DNA from: Laetmonice hystrix
Taxonomy: Eukaryota
Direction: 5' to 3'
Length of the DNA stretch: 64,000 nt
Assembly (NCBI GenBank): GCA_965235115.1
Contig: OZ249436.1
Location: 40,798,001 to 40,862,000, forward strand
In this document: piece after piece, positions 38,697 through 52,210 of the stretch
How positions within the stretch are numbered: the first letter of the stretch is position 1
Layout: each line of letters starts with the position of its first letter
Made by a program: the position numbers and the translations under genes
Notes under the pieces: generated by a model
The model's database searches: none
What the model saw: the letters and a program-made list of their open reading frames with translations, nothing else
Told to the model about the DNA's origin: nothing

Positions 38697-39543
38697 ATGT
38701 CAGCCGACGAGGAGCTCGCGAGGCCAAGGACCAGTTACGTTACTATCGAACCAGTCCTAGGGACATTCTACTTTGTGCACGGACTTATGGCCGTAACATT
38801 AAGCACATTCTTGTATCAGAAGATCTGTTTGATGTCATATTCTGAAGCAATCTGCAGCTCTTTGAAAAACCACCCCACTGAGGAGAACGTCGTCCAAGAG
38901 CAAGCGTCCCACTGGTTATTCCGGCACAACGTCTCCTATGATGTTCCAGCCATATTGCTGGCATTTGCATACGGCTACCTGAGTGATCACATCAGTCGCC
39001 GCCTTGCTATGATAATACCTTTAATCGGAGAAATCAGCAAGTTTTTATTGTTTGTAGCATGTACATGGAACATGTCGGGGCATGTCGGATATACTCTGAT
39101 TGGGTCTGTTTTGCACGGACTGTCCGGCGGAAGTGTCACGTTGAGAATGGCTGCATTCAGTTATCTGGGAGTTATAGCACCTTCTAACGAAATCACAAAA
39201 CGGATGATGATAATTACGGGCATTGGGCATTTAAGTACTGCCATTGGACATATTCTAAGTGGAATTATACTCCAGCATACGAGTTTCTTTTTTGTGTTCT
39301 TCCTTGCGTCCCAGATTTTCGTAGCTGTAATAGTATATATATACTATTACCTGGAGGAGCCAATGAGGGAGAAGGCCGTAGAGGGATCTTGGCAAATTTC
39401 TAGCGTCAAGGAAATTCTGATAAACTGGCTTCGAAACTTGAAGTTATCATTTTTGATTGTGGTCAGACGGCGTGAAGGTAGTGGAAGAGCAAGGCTTCTC
39501 ACATGCTTGTTCATATTGTTCACATCTGCTGTTTCATTTAATG
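38697..39543 (+). CDS. SLC46A: SLC46 family (PCFT/SLC46A3-like) MFS transporter, paralog A, coding exon 1
   Basis: TIEP, LYQKIC...C, GYLSDHISRR, GLSGG..AAFSY signature motifs; donor G|GTGAGT. Confidence 0.92.
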
Positions 39544-39967
39544 GTGAGTTCCTTTCAATCTCTCACAGCCCAACCTCCTACATAACTTCTATGATTGTAA
39601 AAAGATCCTAATGACTAAGTCTATAATGGAATTAAATTTTTATAGATAGAAAAGACTGTAGAAATATAAGCCGCAGACCCCACTGCATTGTTTCGTACGG
39701 GACAGCTTTAGATGAATATCCTGATGAAAACTGACAACTCGATTATAAGATCCCTACTGGAATCCAGTGTAAGATACTCGTCGAGAATCAGATTGTACTG
39801 GTTAAAAATGTTGTATGTTTATTTATAGTCTATTATAAAGTTATCAAGTCATCATTATGGACCCCCGATACGAATGTACGGCTGAGTCTGAAGTAAAGTT
39901 ACTATACTATAGCTACAGTCCATCGCACCATCATTCCAACTTCTCTTCCTCTCCATTTTCTCTGCAG

Positions 39968-40210
39968 CCATCCACACTGTGGGATATCTGTTCCTGCGAT
40001 ACCCTCCGCTCAGCTGGAGCCCAACTCTGTGTGGAGTGTTCCTCGCATCCTACCAATTTATTCCTGGAATCACTGTGATGTTCATTGTACCGATCATGTT
40101 ATCTAAACTAAGGTTGACCGATATAACTTTATTGATTATTGGACTCGGCTCGTCCTTTTTATCGGAGTTCTTCCTCGGATTCTGTACGCGAACATGGATG
40201 GTCTTTCTGA
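39968..40210 (+). CDS. SLC46A: SLC46 paralog A, exon 2
   Basis: TGCAG|; LFLRYPPLSWSPT...LTDITL...TWMVFL; phase 1. Confidence 0.9.
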
Positions 40211-40425
40211 GTAGGTTATGTGGAATGCCGTCAATATTATCATCATAATTGATTATACCATTTTAGTTCATCAAATTGAATGAAACAAGCAGTGACCCAA
40301 TTAAGTAAGGTATGCAAAGTTGCACCATATTTTTACTTTTCTTATATAACTGTGAACTTCTAGACTTTAATGTCTAATTCTCAACATGTGTTTGTCAACA
40401 TGATACTTATTTCTTATACATTCAG

Positions 40426-40506
40426 TGCCTGTGATAGGATGCCTGCGGGGGGCTGCAGGGGTGATGCGGTCAATATTATCAAAACTCCTGCAGTCGGACG
40501 AGATAG
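40426..40506 (+). CDS. SLC46A: SLC46 paralog A, exon 3
   Basis: TTCAG|; PVIGCLRGAAGVMRSILSKLLQSDEIG (RSxxSK motif); donor G|GTATT. Confidence 0.88.
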
Positions 40507-40661
40507 GTATTCCTAAGATAGACTCACTTTGTAATTATTGCATTTTCTAGAGGATTTAGACAATTTGATGAAAGTCAGAGCGATTTCCTGATGTTTAACA
40601 AAAAATCTGGGTTCCACAGTTGGAACCACCTTGTTCACAATCACACCTTAACCTACTGTAG

Positions 40662-40818
40662 GCAGAGTGATGGCAGCTGTAGAGATTGTGCAGACGTTAA
40701 GTGGACTGACTGGTAGCGCCTTCTATAACCATCTGTATCCGTTGACGTTAGACGTTTGGCCCGGCTTCTGCTTTGTCGTAGGATCCTTCATTGGCGTCAT
40801 TCCTATCGCTTTGTCATG
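40662..40818 (+). CDS. SLC46A: SLC46 paralog A, exon 4
   Basis: GTAG|; RVMAAVE...FYNHLYPLTLDVWPGFCF; donor TG|GTGAGT. Confidence 0.9.
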
Positions 40819-41026
40819 GTGAGTTCCCTTCATATAGGCCTAACTCTGGACCGCCAACAAGTATCAACCGCTAATTCAGCAGGGAAACATAGGCCTATAC
40901 TAGCCAGCACTAGCCTATAATATATACTAGTCTTGTTTTGCCTCTTTTGACCGGGGCACATTGCTAGAAAATGTATTGGTATCCGCGAAAAATAACCTGA
41001 TTGCGTATAAAAAAAATGTCTTCCAG

Positions 41027-41078
41027 CTGGCTTCGCAGGGACGTTAGAGAGACGCCAGTTGTCGCTGAGATACTTTAG
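41027..41078 (+). CDS. SLC46A: SLC46 paralog A, terminal exon
   Basis: TTCCAG|C; WLRRDVRETPVVAEIL*, homologous to WLHRD of paralog B; AATAAA at ~41228. Confidence 0.8.
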
Positions 41079-41371
41079 AATGTGTCTGAGACGTGTGAAT
41101 ACTTATGTCAGCTCACGGGGCTCAAGTGTACTCTCGATGTGTTTCTGCACATCCCTTGAGGATTTATAGTTCCGATCATATCTGGAGGTTCGTAAAACCA
41201 GTAATTGGCAGTATCCTATAGGCACCCAATAAAACGTAAAAACGGACCAATAAGAATTAAAGAAAGCCGACTGATTGAAATTAGACGGCTTTGTATGGGT
41301 GTGTCATCCAGTATATCCAGTGTGTCATGCCCACCACTTAATGGTGGTTCCGACGAGTTGAGGCACTAACT

Positions 41372-41490
41372 AATTAAGGATGAGTACACCTATAGACGAA
41401 CCAATTAAGGATGAGTACACCTATAGACGAACCAATTAAGGATGAGTACAACTATAGACGACCCAATTAAGGATGAGTACACCTAGACGG
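41372..41490. repeat. 31-bp tandem repeat x4
   Basis: AATTAAGGATGAGTACACCTATAGACGAACC. Confidence 0.93.
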
Positions 41491-43028
41491 TAATGGTGTG
41501 GCCGAACCGTGTGAAACAAAGACGAGAGCTCAGTGGCGGATCCAGGGGGTTAGGGGACCGTTTATCCCGGGCTTGGCAAACAATTTTTCTTTTTTTCCCC
41601 CATAGAACTTTTGGAGTTGACCATGCTTTAACCTCCCCCCTTAGCAGGACAAAGTGGACACCGAGAACGGAGTTTAGAGTACCAAGTCGAAAGGGCACGT
41701 CACGAAGGATAGCGGACGCCAGGTCAACAACGCTGCTGTCATATTCTTTTTACGTTTTCCCATTGTCTTGTTTTTTATGTATTTGGTTTTGTGGCCGATG
41801 TACTTTTACATAGTTCAGATTTATATCGTTGTGCAACGGACGGTTGGGCCCGGACGAGAGGGCCTAGCCAGTTGGTCGATTGGGCCCATCCAGTTGGTCA
41901 ATGGGCCCACCTTCCACCTTGCCGTTATAATAGGGACAATATCTCATTTTATCTGCTAAGGATCTCCTGTAATCACATAATTATTCGAAAATGTACATTG
42001 GTTCCTGCACGTGACACCTTCCTTATAAGGACAAACATTAATACAGATTCCTTGGAGAGAGACAAATGGTTAGGTGTGCTTTTGTTGCGCAAACTCCTCT
42101 TAATAAACATAGTCTATCAAGATTATCTCCATATTCAGATTTTAAAGTAACATGCCTGGATGCATATTTAATATAGCGATATTCAGTAAGCTATAACAAT
42201 ACCAAGGGTTACCAAGGGTGACGGTGTATAGTCCTCTTATTTCTTTCATGGTCCTATATCAGGAGCCATTAGCTCCCTAGGAAACAATTTCTCTATTGTA
42301 CCAAAGCTTGATGACTGACATGTAATCAGTGAATATTACTATGTGTAATACGAATAAAAAGGAACGCTACACTATGGACACGACCGCTTGTCAGGCGCTT
42401 ACTGGCCACTGCAGGTTTTACGCTTCCACCGTTGACAGCGGTCAGGAGTTGCTCATGAAACGCCCAAGCAGGTATATGATCAGATTACCCACTTCTTTTA
42501 TCATCCAATTATGATATTTATCATATATTTTAGGCTTAGGCCTAATAATTATGTTTCCCGATGGTTAGCCCCCCCCCTAAAGGATTCCTGGATCCATGTT
42601 GGCGTAATATATTCGTTATTATAGGCCTACATGGACTGCCTACAATAATACATTAATTTTTTACTTAAAAGAAGACTATTTCGCCAGTTTGTACAGGCCG
42701 GCACACAGGGCGTGAAATTCTAAGAAAGATAAACAATATTTGAACACAATTGGTGCTCAAATAGTTAAGATAAGCACTTTAGTGCCGGAGCCTGCTTAGG
42801 GCCTGCTCAGCTGGTGGATACCGCCATAGCGTCTGCTAATTTAGCATCACTGGGCCGAACCAATCAGTGTTGCACAAATCTCAGACGAAAATATTCGTAA
42901 AATGTTGACCTATTTTCCATGAAAATATCTTAAATCGTCTTGTATGGCCTGGCGTCAAAACTACGTCCATTAGTGCATAAAATAACCGCTAGGGAATCCC
43001 AACTCAAGGATTAATATGACTGAGTTGA

Positions 43029-43431
43029 AGGAATCATCTCCCTGGTTGAGCGTTCCGGGAAGCCAGTTCGGCCTGGTTTCACGACCTCGTCAAAATCTAT
43101 GCACCTTCTGTCCCGAGGATACTTCCTAGGTTTAATATACATTCTGTATTGTAAACAGACAGCAACGAAATGCACTGTCACCTTCACATTTCACATTTTT
43201 TGTCGAGAACACTTGAAAAACAACGCTGCTTCCCGCCATCTGGAATGTCTGACCTGCAGACATTGCGTTGCAACAGGTGAGATGATCACGTGATTGCGGA
43301 GTCTCGCGTTCTGTGAAAAGGGTGTAAAGTCGCCCGGCTAAAACTCTATCGCGTATGTGGGCTGCAGGTCTAGAAAAAAACGCGCGTCATTCCAAATTTG
43401 CTGTTTTTTAAATATTTAAAAAAATTAACCT
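43029..43431. mobile_element. Kolobok-like element, inverted deleted copy of 3547-4096
   Basis: Reverse-complement match over ~400 bp; ends CCT|TTAA. Confidence 0.8.
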
Positions 43432-43609
43432 TTAACACAGGGGGGCGTCTTGCCCCAGCCTACTCTACTCGTTCAGCCTCTCGTGGGCCTGACTCCCATC
43501 GCCCACCCTAGCCGCCTTTAGTCTAGCCTAGCCCCGGAGCCTCAAAGTTTAATCAATTCAGGATCGGTCCGCTCGCTTACTGTCAGACAGGAGCATGCTC
43601 AAATAGTCG

Positions 43610-43684
43610 AAACAATGACGTCAATTACTTTCGGCCAGTGCCACAATGGCTGCGCGCATTTATTTCCAACCACTACTGTGAAAG
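43610..43684 (+). promoter_or_regulatory. Candidate promoter / 5' UTR exon of SLC46 paralog B
   Basis: TGACGTCA (CRE); strong donor AAG|GTGAGT at 43684; acceptor TTCCAG| at ~48559 before the ATG. Confidence 0.4.
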
Positions 43685-43794
43685 GTGAGTAGTATATACA
43701 TAGGGGCCTTGCGGTGGTCCAAATGTAATTTTTGACAATAGTTTGCCTTTAAGCACTGAAGTGTTTGTGTGAAAGAACATATTTGAACATGAAG

Positions 43795-43966
43795 CCGGTG
43801 TAACGATTTCAAGTTCAAAAATGGAAATAGGGGAGGAATCTGAAAACGATTGATAAATCCCTCCCCGGGAATTTGAAAACGATTTTAAATTCCTGGGAGG
43901 GAATTGGAAACGTTTTCAAGTTCCCGGGGAACTTGAATAAAGGGGAACTTGAAATCGTTACACCGG
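43795..43966. mobile_element. Short palindromic MITE (CCGGTGTAACGATTTCAAGTTC TIR)
   Basis: 22-bp perfect TIR; TSD not evident. Confidence 0.8.
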
Positions 43967-44365
43967 GGAAATGTGGAGTTACCGTGTGCATCATGTGCAA
44001 GTTGAGTAGGCCTATACCGTGTTTAGGGGCGGATCCAAAATTCGAAGGGGGGGGGGGTCCATGGGGATAATCTGGCAGGGGGGATCCAACACGGTTAATT
44101 CAGAAAGCTCTATGGGAAAAAGAGAACAATTTACGCCAAGAGTTCAGCGTTCTGCACAAAGCGCGCTCGCTGCTGGAGTGGGAAGATGACCTCGGGGGTC
44201 ATGGTTCCAGGTCAGCACGTAGGCTTACTCACTGGCGGGCGATTCGTTAGGACGTCGTCGGTGGGACAACCACTGTTATTCACCTGTAGATACTGTCTGT
44301 CCTACTTTGTACTATGTTTTAGTAATTTTAGCATCTGCTGACCAGCGCTTTTCCTGCGGTTCTGT

Positions 44366-44986
44366 CAGACCTGCCAAGTCCCCCGGTTTCACCGGGGGAC
44401 TGCCGGTTTTTAACCTGATCCCCTGCCCCCCCCCCCCGGTATGTCACAATTTTCTCACGGTAAATTGAAAACTCATGTATGTAAACAAATGTACACAAAA
44501 CACAAGAAAAAAGATAAATAAATATGTTTGGACAATTTTAAGTTTAATATATAAACACACAGAAATTTTGAGTATGTTTTTAAGTAGCATAGGCCCCTAT
44601 ATGCAACGCAGAACACTAAAAAAGGATAGATAAAGGTAAAGAAACAACATAAAGGAGCTGATTTCTTAGGACAATTTCAAGTTTAAAATATAAATAACTA
44701 ATTTTGAGTCTTCTTATTTTAAATTTATTAAACTGATGGTATGTAAGTTGTGTATACTTCATGTGTAGAATGTAGTGGCTCCATACTAACGTTTCTCCCC
44801 CACTCATAGGTCTATATCAGCTTCATAATATAATCTCCAGGTTTTTCTCCAAAATCTCCCGCCCCCCGCCCCCCCCCCCCCCCAAAAAAAAAAAAAATCT
44901 CCCGGTTTTCCTACCAATTTCCAGGTTTTTGGACATCAACTTTTAAAAATCTCCCGGTTTCTTCTCTCTGTAGGTTGGCGGGACTG
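44366..44986. mobile_element. hAT-like MITE (CAGACCTGCCAA ... TTGGCGGGACTG)
   Basis: Imperfect TIR; subterminal TCTCCCGG repeats. Confidence 0.6.
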
Positions 44987-47900
44987 GGTTCATGCATGGG
45001 TGCAGACACACCAACGGCCATCTAGAGACATCAAGACAGCTTTCTAGATTCCTACAATCGAGGCTACAAACACGTAACTATACGCCATTATTTCAGATGA
45101 AACTATATATCTAATATAAAAAAAAAATGAAAATTAAAGTGCCAAATATGCGTTTTCCTGGCATCTGAGAACAAAATCTAAGCCCTCTGACGGTCTGACC
45201 ATCTCCTGCCACCTTGAGCTGGGGGGGGGGCAAAACTATGTGCTTGCCCCCCCAGCTTTTCAGTGTGTGGGGGGGGGGGGCAAGCCTGCCTGCTGCCCCC
45301 CCCCCCGGTTCCGGTGCCTAGGCCTATGTGCGCATCTAGTGTTGACTCAAATAGGCCTAGCACTATAGCCTAACCGTAACCTTCACAGAAAATCTCAGAG
45401 GGCAAAAACTACTCAAATATTCGTCAATCTGAGTAGTTTTGCCTACTCAATCCAAGTACCTCAAAAGGAGTAGTTTTGGGTACTAAAATCTTCCTGTCTG
45501 GCGAAGGTAAACTCGTCAATTCGTCAAAAATTCGTCAGAAACTCGTCATCATTTGTAGGCCTAAATATGTGTTATAATTTCTTTTCTTTTCTGAACCAAG
45601 GGAACGCCGTCCAGTACTGTAAAGGGGGACTTATATACCTGAAACAGTCATTTTTATGGATTACGTGTAAATACAAAGGAATTAAGCAAAATCAACTTTG
45701 AAGAAAAAAAGAAATAGGCCTACAAAACATGTCTTTAGATAGGGGCCTATAGGCGTCGGCCGGAACCAGCAGGGGAAACAAGTTCGAGTAAAACTCACAC
45801 TAAGCCATATATCAGCCTATTTTGTCAATGAGTGGGCCAGAACACGGCCAGAGTCGGCCTAGGCTGACTTCATCCCCCCCCCCCTCCCCCTCCTAGAAAA
45901 ATTAGTTTCCGATGCTACTGGTTTATGACTAATAGTAATACGCAGCCAATCACAAGGCTATGTCGTATGGGAAAAAGGCCAGCGGGCCAGACGCGTGAGC
46001 AGGGACCCAGTAGGAGGAATCCCCGCCTCCCCCGACCTCATTCCGCGATGCTGTCTTTTTAGGTCATGGTTGGAGCGCCAGTGACTGCAACAACATGAAA
46101 AGTCCGTGCCTCAAACAGCCCCTGATAGGGGACGTAGACGGTAGGTGTTTCTCTCCCTGTTATTCTCAATGATCTTTCAGTGGCCAGAGAAGCGACAGCC
46201 CCGACAGACAAGCACCCTCACCCCACTGATTGATTCATGGTTGGAGTCAAACAAACGTGAGGCCGGCCAGGCGGCCTACGTTCAAGCGCCTGTGCCGGGG
46301 ATGCTGCCAGCATTCCCGGCTTGAATGTGTGTGCGACAGACTTCGGCACCAAACAAACGACTGACACGTCGAGTCACATAGATAATTCATAGGTCTTGAT
46401 GCACTAGGCGTTGCAGGCCCGTAGCCAGCCCGGGGGGGGGGGGGGGGGAGCTAAGGCGGATCCAGGGGAGGGGGGGGGGGGGCCAGCCTACACGGCTATA
46501 GCCTACTCATTTTTAATTAATTGTAACACTGACGGTGTGTCTCAGGGAAACCCCGAGCAATTATGTAGGCCTATACCTCTAAAATTCTCATTTAAGAGCA
46601 TGAGCTTTAATTAGTAGGCCGAATCGAAACAATCATGAATTGCTTTTCTGTGCCCCCCCTCCCCCCCTTTAGTGAAATCCTGGATCCGCCAGTGGGGAGC
46701 GACCGCCCCCCCCCCCCCCAAAAAAAAAAAAAAAAAAAAAAAAAAAGTAGCTGACGCTCCCGTGACCTGATCTTCATATGCCCAGATCTACATAGCTAGT
46801 CCTATTTAATCAAAATATACGACTGTAAAGTTTTGGTGTGCAGAACCTGCTCTGATTGAAATATGGATGTGTTTAGACTATAAATTTAAAATCAATTATT
46901 TGAGTTGACATGAGAAATGGGCATCCTGTGAAGACTACCAGTTCTGCCTCATAATTTTGTTTACAGGTTAGGCTTTACTTCTGCAATCCAGCCTGGCAGA
47001 ATTTACACGTGGCCCTAGTGCTCAACGAATGTAAAGTGAATTATGACCTAGTTGACAATGACTTATTTACCGTCCACCAAGCAGGAAGTAAAAAAGGAAA
47101 AAGAAACTTCTACAAAGTCAACCTCAAAGGAATGTAAGGGCCTTTTGTATTCAAAGAAATATTTTATTAAGCATGCCGGTGCAGAAATAATTACGTTAAA
47201 CTCGTTCGGATCAAGAGTTGGAAAATCGTGTTTGGTTTTGGAAAAGAGAAAATAAATTACCAAAAAAAGAAAAACCATAGAGGCCTACCTACCGCCCTCC
47301 GCCTTCTTTAGTCCGTATACAGTCTGCACCTCAGGAGACATGACACATATACACTGGGTAAACGTCTCCCTGTAGCTAGGTATTTAGGCCTATAGGCCAA
47401 AAAAAACCCCATAGGCCAAAGAGTTTTTCTCACTCTTTTTTTACTTCACTGCCGCAGTCATTAACAAGTTAGCGCTCTTTTGAACACTCGTTGCAATATG
47501 CAAATCAAGCTTTAAGGTGTATATATTTATGTTTTTCTTGAGTGTTGGGTGTAATCTGTACCCCCCCCCCCCCCCCCCACTCCACCCCCGGACCCTCCCC
47601 CCGTACATGCCACTGATATTTTCTTTTATTAGTTGGCCTATATCGCTACGTGCATGGCGGAACATACAGACAGTCGCTTAAAGGAGCGCTGATACCATCG
47701 AATAATGGACGTAGATCCAGGTCACCCCCCCCCCTTCTCCCCCATGTATAGTGAAGTCACCCTTCCTTGAAATCAGTGACAGTTGAACCTAATAATTAGA
47801 GCAGTTCAGTGGACGCACTTAGAGTGGGGCGTCCAGTTGTGTATCTTCTAGTTTGCCCGTCAAAACAATCGCTGAAACTTCTTTCCTGACACATTTTGAC

Positions 47901-48018
47901 AACTTGGCTTTCTTATGAATATATCAGTTTTCAGAAGGAAGAGAATATAATTACCTTATTTTATCACTTCATGTTTCGGTGGGCTTACCCCATCGAACAG
48001 ACTTACTTCTCTGGTGCT

Positions 48019-48421
48019 CATAGGCGCCAGAAGCGGGGGGGGGGCAGGGGGGCGACCGCCCCCTCAATAATCTGGTTGGGGGGATCCCCCCCCAATAATC
48101 TGTGATCATGAATGAAAAGAATGCAGCTTTTTCTACATACAGTAGGCCTGCATGTTAAATTGTTGAAACTACGACTTGGGTGTGTCAAAGACTGGGTCGA
48201 TTGTCCTAATGATACATGTAATCTAGTCATTTTAGCCTTCAAAACATAAAAAAAATCCGGACTCAAAATGGTGTAGGAAAGCGTTTTAGGGTGTGTAGTT
48301 TTCAGGATTTTCTCGGGGAGGGCCTCCGACCCTGCTTTACTCAACATGTAGCCTATCACTTTCGCTTCAGCTCTCTTGCCCCCCCCCCCCAACCAATAAT
48401 AATTTGCTTCCGGCGCCCCTG
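48019..48421. mobile_element. hAT-like MITE with 8-bp TSD
   Basis: CTGGTGCT|CATAGGCGCCAGAAGC ... GCTTCCGGCGCCCCTG|TTGGTGCT. Confidence 0.75.
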
Positions 48422-48596
48422 TTGGTGCTTGATACTGCATTACCATTCGGCGTGATAATATCACCGGATACCATACTGTGCCTGAAGATTTCTAAGTGTG
48501 CGTCATCAATAAAAGAAAACTGTATCCAAGCAGTATTTTGCCGGTTATTATGTTCCAGATTCAACAGAACAAAGACGAGGCAACGGGATTGGGGAG

Positions 48597-49470
48597 ATGG
48601 AGCATCTATCTTTAGTCGATGACGTCGAAGAAGAGGACTACATTCCAAAAAAGAAATGGCAGGCACCCTTTATCACAATTGAACCAGTTCTTTTCCTCTA
48701 CCTCCTTGCCTCTGGAATACAAGGACCAGCTGTTAGTGCTCTCCTCTACAGAAAGGTCTGTTTGCACCATTATGAAGACGAAATATGCGATAACCTGCAC
48801 AACGAGACTAACAGTATTGCCGAAGACGTCGTACAGAAGGAAACGGCGCACTGGCAGCTCTGGAACAATTACTGCGTTGAGATCCCCGCTATTTTGGTAT
48901 CCTTTGCGTACGGCGCCTTCAGCGATCACGTCAGCCGACGAATGGTGCTTGTGCTGCCCTCTATTGGCCAAGCTCTGAGCAACATTACTTATATCATCAG
49001 CGCCGTGTTTATGGGAAGCCATGCCAAGTACCTGTTGATAGCTTCCTTAACGGGAGGCGTGACGGGCGGGTGGATAACTCTCTTCTTGGCGTCTTTTAGC
49101 TACCTCGGAGAAGTCACAAGTGTCAAAGACAGAACTAAACGCGTGTTCATTGCCGAAGGTGTAGCCGGCATGAGTCTGGCTATCTCTTTTGTTCTAAGTG
49201 GAGTTATTCTAGACCACACAAGCTACGTCTTTGTATTTTCTTTGTCCATCGGACTTTTCGTTTTGTCAGTAATATACGTTTTCGTCTTTATAAAGGTGCC
49301 ACCAAAGAATCCCGTTGTTAAGAAACGAACAACAGAATCAATGGCTTCTGTATGTTGTCAACGGTTCGCTGGAACATTCACAGTTATTTTTAAAAAGAGA
49401 GAGGGATCTAATCGCGCCAGACTCATCGTTGGCATTCTGATCGTACTATTATCTATGATTTCGTTGAATG
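48597..49470 (+). CDS. SLC46A: SLC46 family (PCFT/SLC46A3-like) MFS transporter, paralog B, coding exon 1
   Basis: ITIEPVLFLY, LYRKVC, VVQKETAHW, GAFSDHVSRR, GGVTGG..ASFSY; donor G|GTAAGT. Confidence 0.93.
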
Positions 49471-49847
49471 GTAAGTCTCAGCACATTACTCCCAGTAATA
49501 AGGTTAATGAGGACACAGTAGCACCGGGAGTGTACCTCCGCACAGAATTATAGTTCCCCACATCATAGAACAGTCAACCAACTTTGGACGGATATCCAGG
49601 GGGCGCCACTCTCTTCGAGACGGTTTTCAAAGTATAATGGGCCTTTAACCATGGTTACATAAATATGGGGGTTATTTTGGGCAGCCTTTTGTAGAGAGTG
49701 TGAGCATGTGACTCTGTCCTGCATATAATTCATACAAATACATGATCATTTGCGGTATACATGTACATGTATATAATCTGTGTATAAACACAGATCAACC
49801 GTTAGTATAGTATAGTTCACGCTTAACATATCTTCATTAAATTTCAG

Positions 49848-50090
49848 CCATGAACACCGTGGGTTTTTTGTACCTAAAACGACGTCCACTGAGTTGGAGT
49901 CAGACAACATACGGATTGTTCCTAGCCGAGACACGTTTCTTGCCAAGTATATGTTTACTGACTATTATTCCACTCATGAAATCCAAACTACACTTGCGTG
50001 ACACGACCTTTATGATAATAGGTCTAATTTCTGGCTCCCTCAGCGAAATATACTTCAGCGTCTGCACCAAAACCTGGATGGTATTCCTAG
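49848..50090 (+). CDS. SLC46A: SLC46 paralog B, exon 2
   Basis: TTTCAG|; FLYLKRRPLSWSQTTYG...LRDTT...TWMVFL; donor G|GTATGT. Confidence 0.92.
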
Positions 50091-50428
50091 GTATGTTTAC
50101 TGCGAACAGACTGCGTTATTTTTCACATTACATATGTCTAAAATAATTCGAGAAAGTTTATTTAAAGAAATGCAAGAACATTATCCGGATATAGATATAT
50201 TTGTACTGTTACACAAATTAAAAGGAGATTTTCTGACGTGGCAAAAATACAGTCACTATTGGGGCACTTGCATGGATGGAAACTAGGGTCGATACAAGAC
50301 GTAAGATACTTGACCATTGGGAGGTAACTTCGATCATTAGAGATGACTGATGACAGTATAATGTAGTAATATTATAAGTTTACCGTGTACACATATAGAT
50401 TAGATATTATCTGTGCTCGCTATTATAG

Positions 50429-50509
50429 TGCCGGTCATCGAATCGTTGCGCGGCGCCAATACAGTGATGAGGTCTACCTTGTCACAGCTTGTCGAACCCA
50501 GCGAACTTG
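50429..50509 (+). CDS. SLC46A: SLC46 paralog B, exon 3
   Basis: PVIESLRGANTVMRSTLSQLVEPSELG; same length as paralog A exon 3. Confidence 0.88.
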
Positions 50510-50695
50510 GTAAATATGACGTGATGAACTTCTGATACAAAATTTAATGACCGATAATACAACCTTATGTATAAATCTGCCAGATACGATTTGACTGAAC
50601 TGTACATGATATTTAAGACGTACTGCAAACAATTCTTGCTCTGCTTTCTGTGCCATGGAACTATTACCACAAAAATGCCTCTTTTATAGTAAATA

Positions 50696-51132
50696 GGCCA
50701 GACGTAATTAATATTTTGGTTTACGCGCATTTTTGGACAGAGAACAAGGTCGGTATAGGGAGGGGAAAGAAGGGGCAGTTGACTTTTTTTAATCAACATC
50801 TGACAATTTAAGGTCGGTAGGTGGTAAAAAAATGTTAAAATAGAACAAACAAATCAATTTGCAAAAATATGTTTAATATGAATTTACACAAATTCTGTTT
50901 GTGACATTGCCCCACAGACCATGTAACTCTTTTACAGTCGAGCAATTTCAGCATATAAATATGATATAAAAAAGCCCCTGCAACAGAATATTAAGATAAA
51001 AAAATTAACCCAAGCAACAGGCACTGTCGGCGGGGACAAAATAAATCAAACTGGTCTTGAAATCTTTTTTTTCCAAATTTTGGAAATCTATGGTCGGCGG
51101 CCGCGTAAACCGAACTATTAAAAAGTCTGGCC
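50696..51132. mobile_element. MITE with GGCCAGAC termini (Zator/Harbinger-like)
   Basis: GGCCAGAC..TTTGGTTTACGCG ... CGCGTAAACCGAA..GTCTGGCC; flanks ATA/TTA. Confidence 0.65.
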
Positions 51133-51181
51133 TTATTGACCTGATGTGAGTAACGTAAAGAGTTTGATCCGACGGTAACAG

Positions 51182-51338
51182 GTCGGATGTATGCTGCTAT
51201 GGGCTCCCTACAGAGTGTGAGTGGAATGGTCGGTTCTACCATCAATAACACCGTCTACCCGTTAACCATCGACTTCTGGCCGGGATTTTGTTTCACACTA
51301 GGGTCGATCCTGTCAGTGGTACCCCTCTCTATGATATG
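51182..51338 (+). CDS. SLC46A: SLC46 paralog B, exon 4
   Basis: RMYAAMG...NNTVYPLTIDFWPGFCF; donor TG|GTGAGT; same length as paralog A exon 4. Confidence 0.9.
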
Positions 51339-51424
51339 GTGAGTAATCTCTTGGATTAAAGATAACGCCAGATTAAGGGCGGCATACGGCTGATAATCCA
51401 TGTATGTATATCTTCTAGACGTAA

Positions 51425-51821
51425 AGCCGGGTTTCCATGTGTACGTTTCCGTTATCCGTTTCCGTTATCCGTTTCCGATTCGATCATTTATGCCTATTTC
51501 CATGGGAGTGTTTTCATCTGCACGTTTAATACAAATCGGACTACGAAACGTGTACATGGATACGCTTACACACGATAAAGGCACCGGGTTTCCATGTGTA
51601 AGTTTCAGTTTTCCGTTTCCGTTTCCGATTCGATCGTTTATGCCTATTTCCATGTGCACGTTTCGTAGTCCGATTTGAATGAAACGTGCACAATGTCATG
51701 GACGCACTCCCATAGAAAATAGGTATAAATGATCGAATTGATAACAGATAACAGAAACGTACACGGCTTTAACGATCGAATCGGAAACGGATAACGGAAA
51801 CGTACACATGGAACCCTGGCT
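51425..51821. mobile_element. Harbinger-type MITE with internal duplication
   Basis: TAA|AGCCGGGTTTCCATGTGTACGTTTCCG ... CGGAAACGTACACATGGAACCCTGGCT|TAA. Confidence 0.88.
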
Positions 51822-52098
51822 TAAATCTAGATAATCGATGATAGGATTTCTGTAGACACTTAAGAGCCTATTAAATTAATTTTGTTGACAGTGGCTCCAA
51901 TCTTAACAAAATAGAAGTTTAATGTACTCTTTCCAATTCAGTCCAAATTGGTGAAGGCTTACAAACATTCTCTGCAGTTCACTTGCAATGGTTACATTTC
52001 AAAAGAAAGACACATTTTTTAGGACTGCTATTGCAAGACCGAAATCTTCTATCTCCTAGCAGCAATGTTCACTGGCTTTTAACGGGTTCTTGTCCTAG

Positions 52099-52210
52099 CT
52101 GGCTGCACAGAGACACGAAGAATTCGCCAATCTACGTCCCGCTGGTGGAAGTCGAATTGAATGCTCCAAGTGGTGAGGATAAATTTAACATCATAATAGA
52201 CCTAACATGA
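52099..52210 (+). CDS. SLC46A: SLC46 paralog B, exon 5 (reads to a stop at 52210, or is spliced at an internal donor after 52172)
   Basis: CCTAG|C; WLHRDTKNSPIYVPLVEVELNAPSG; internal G|GTGAGG donor. Confidence 0.8.
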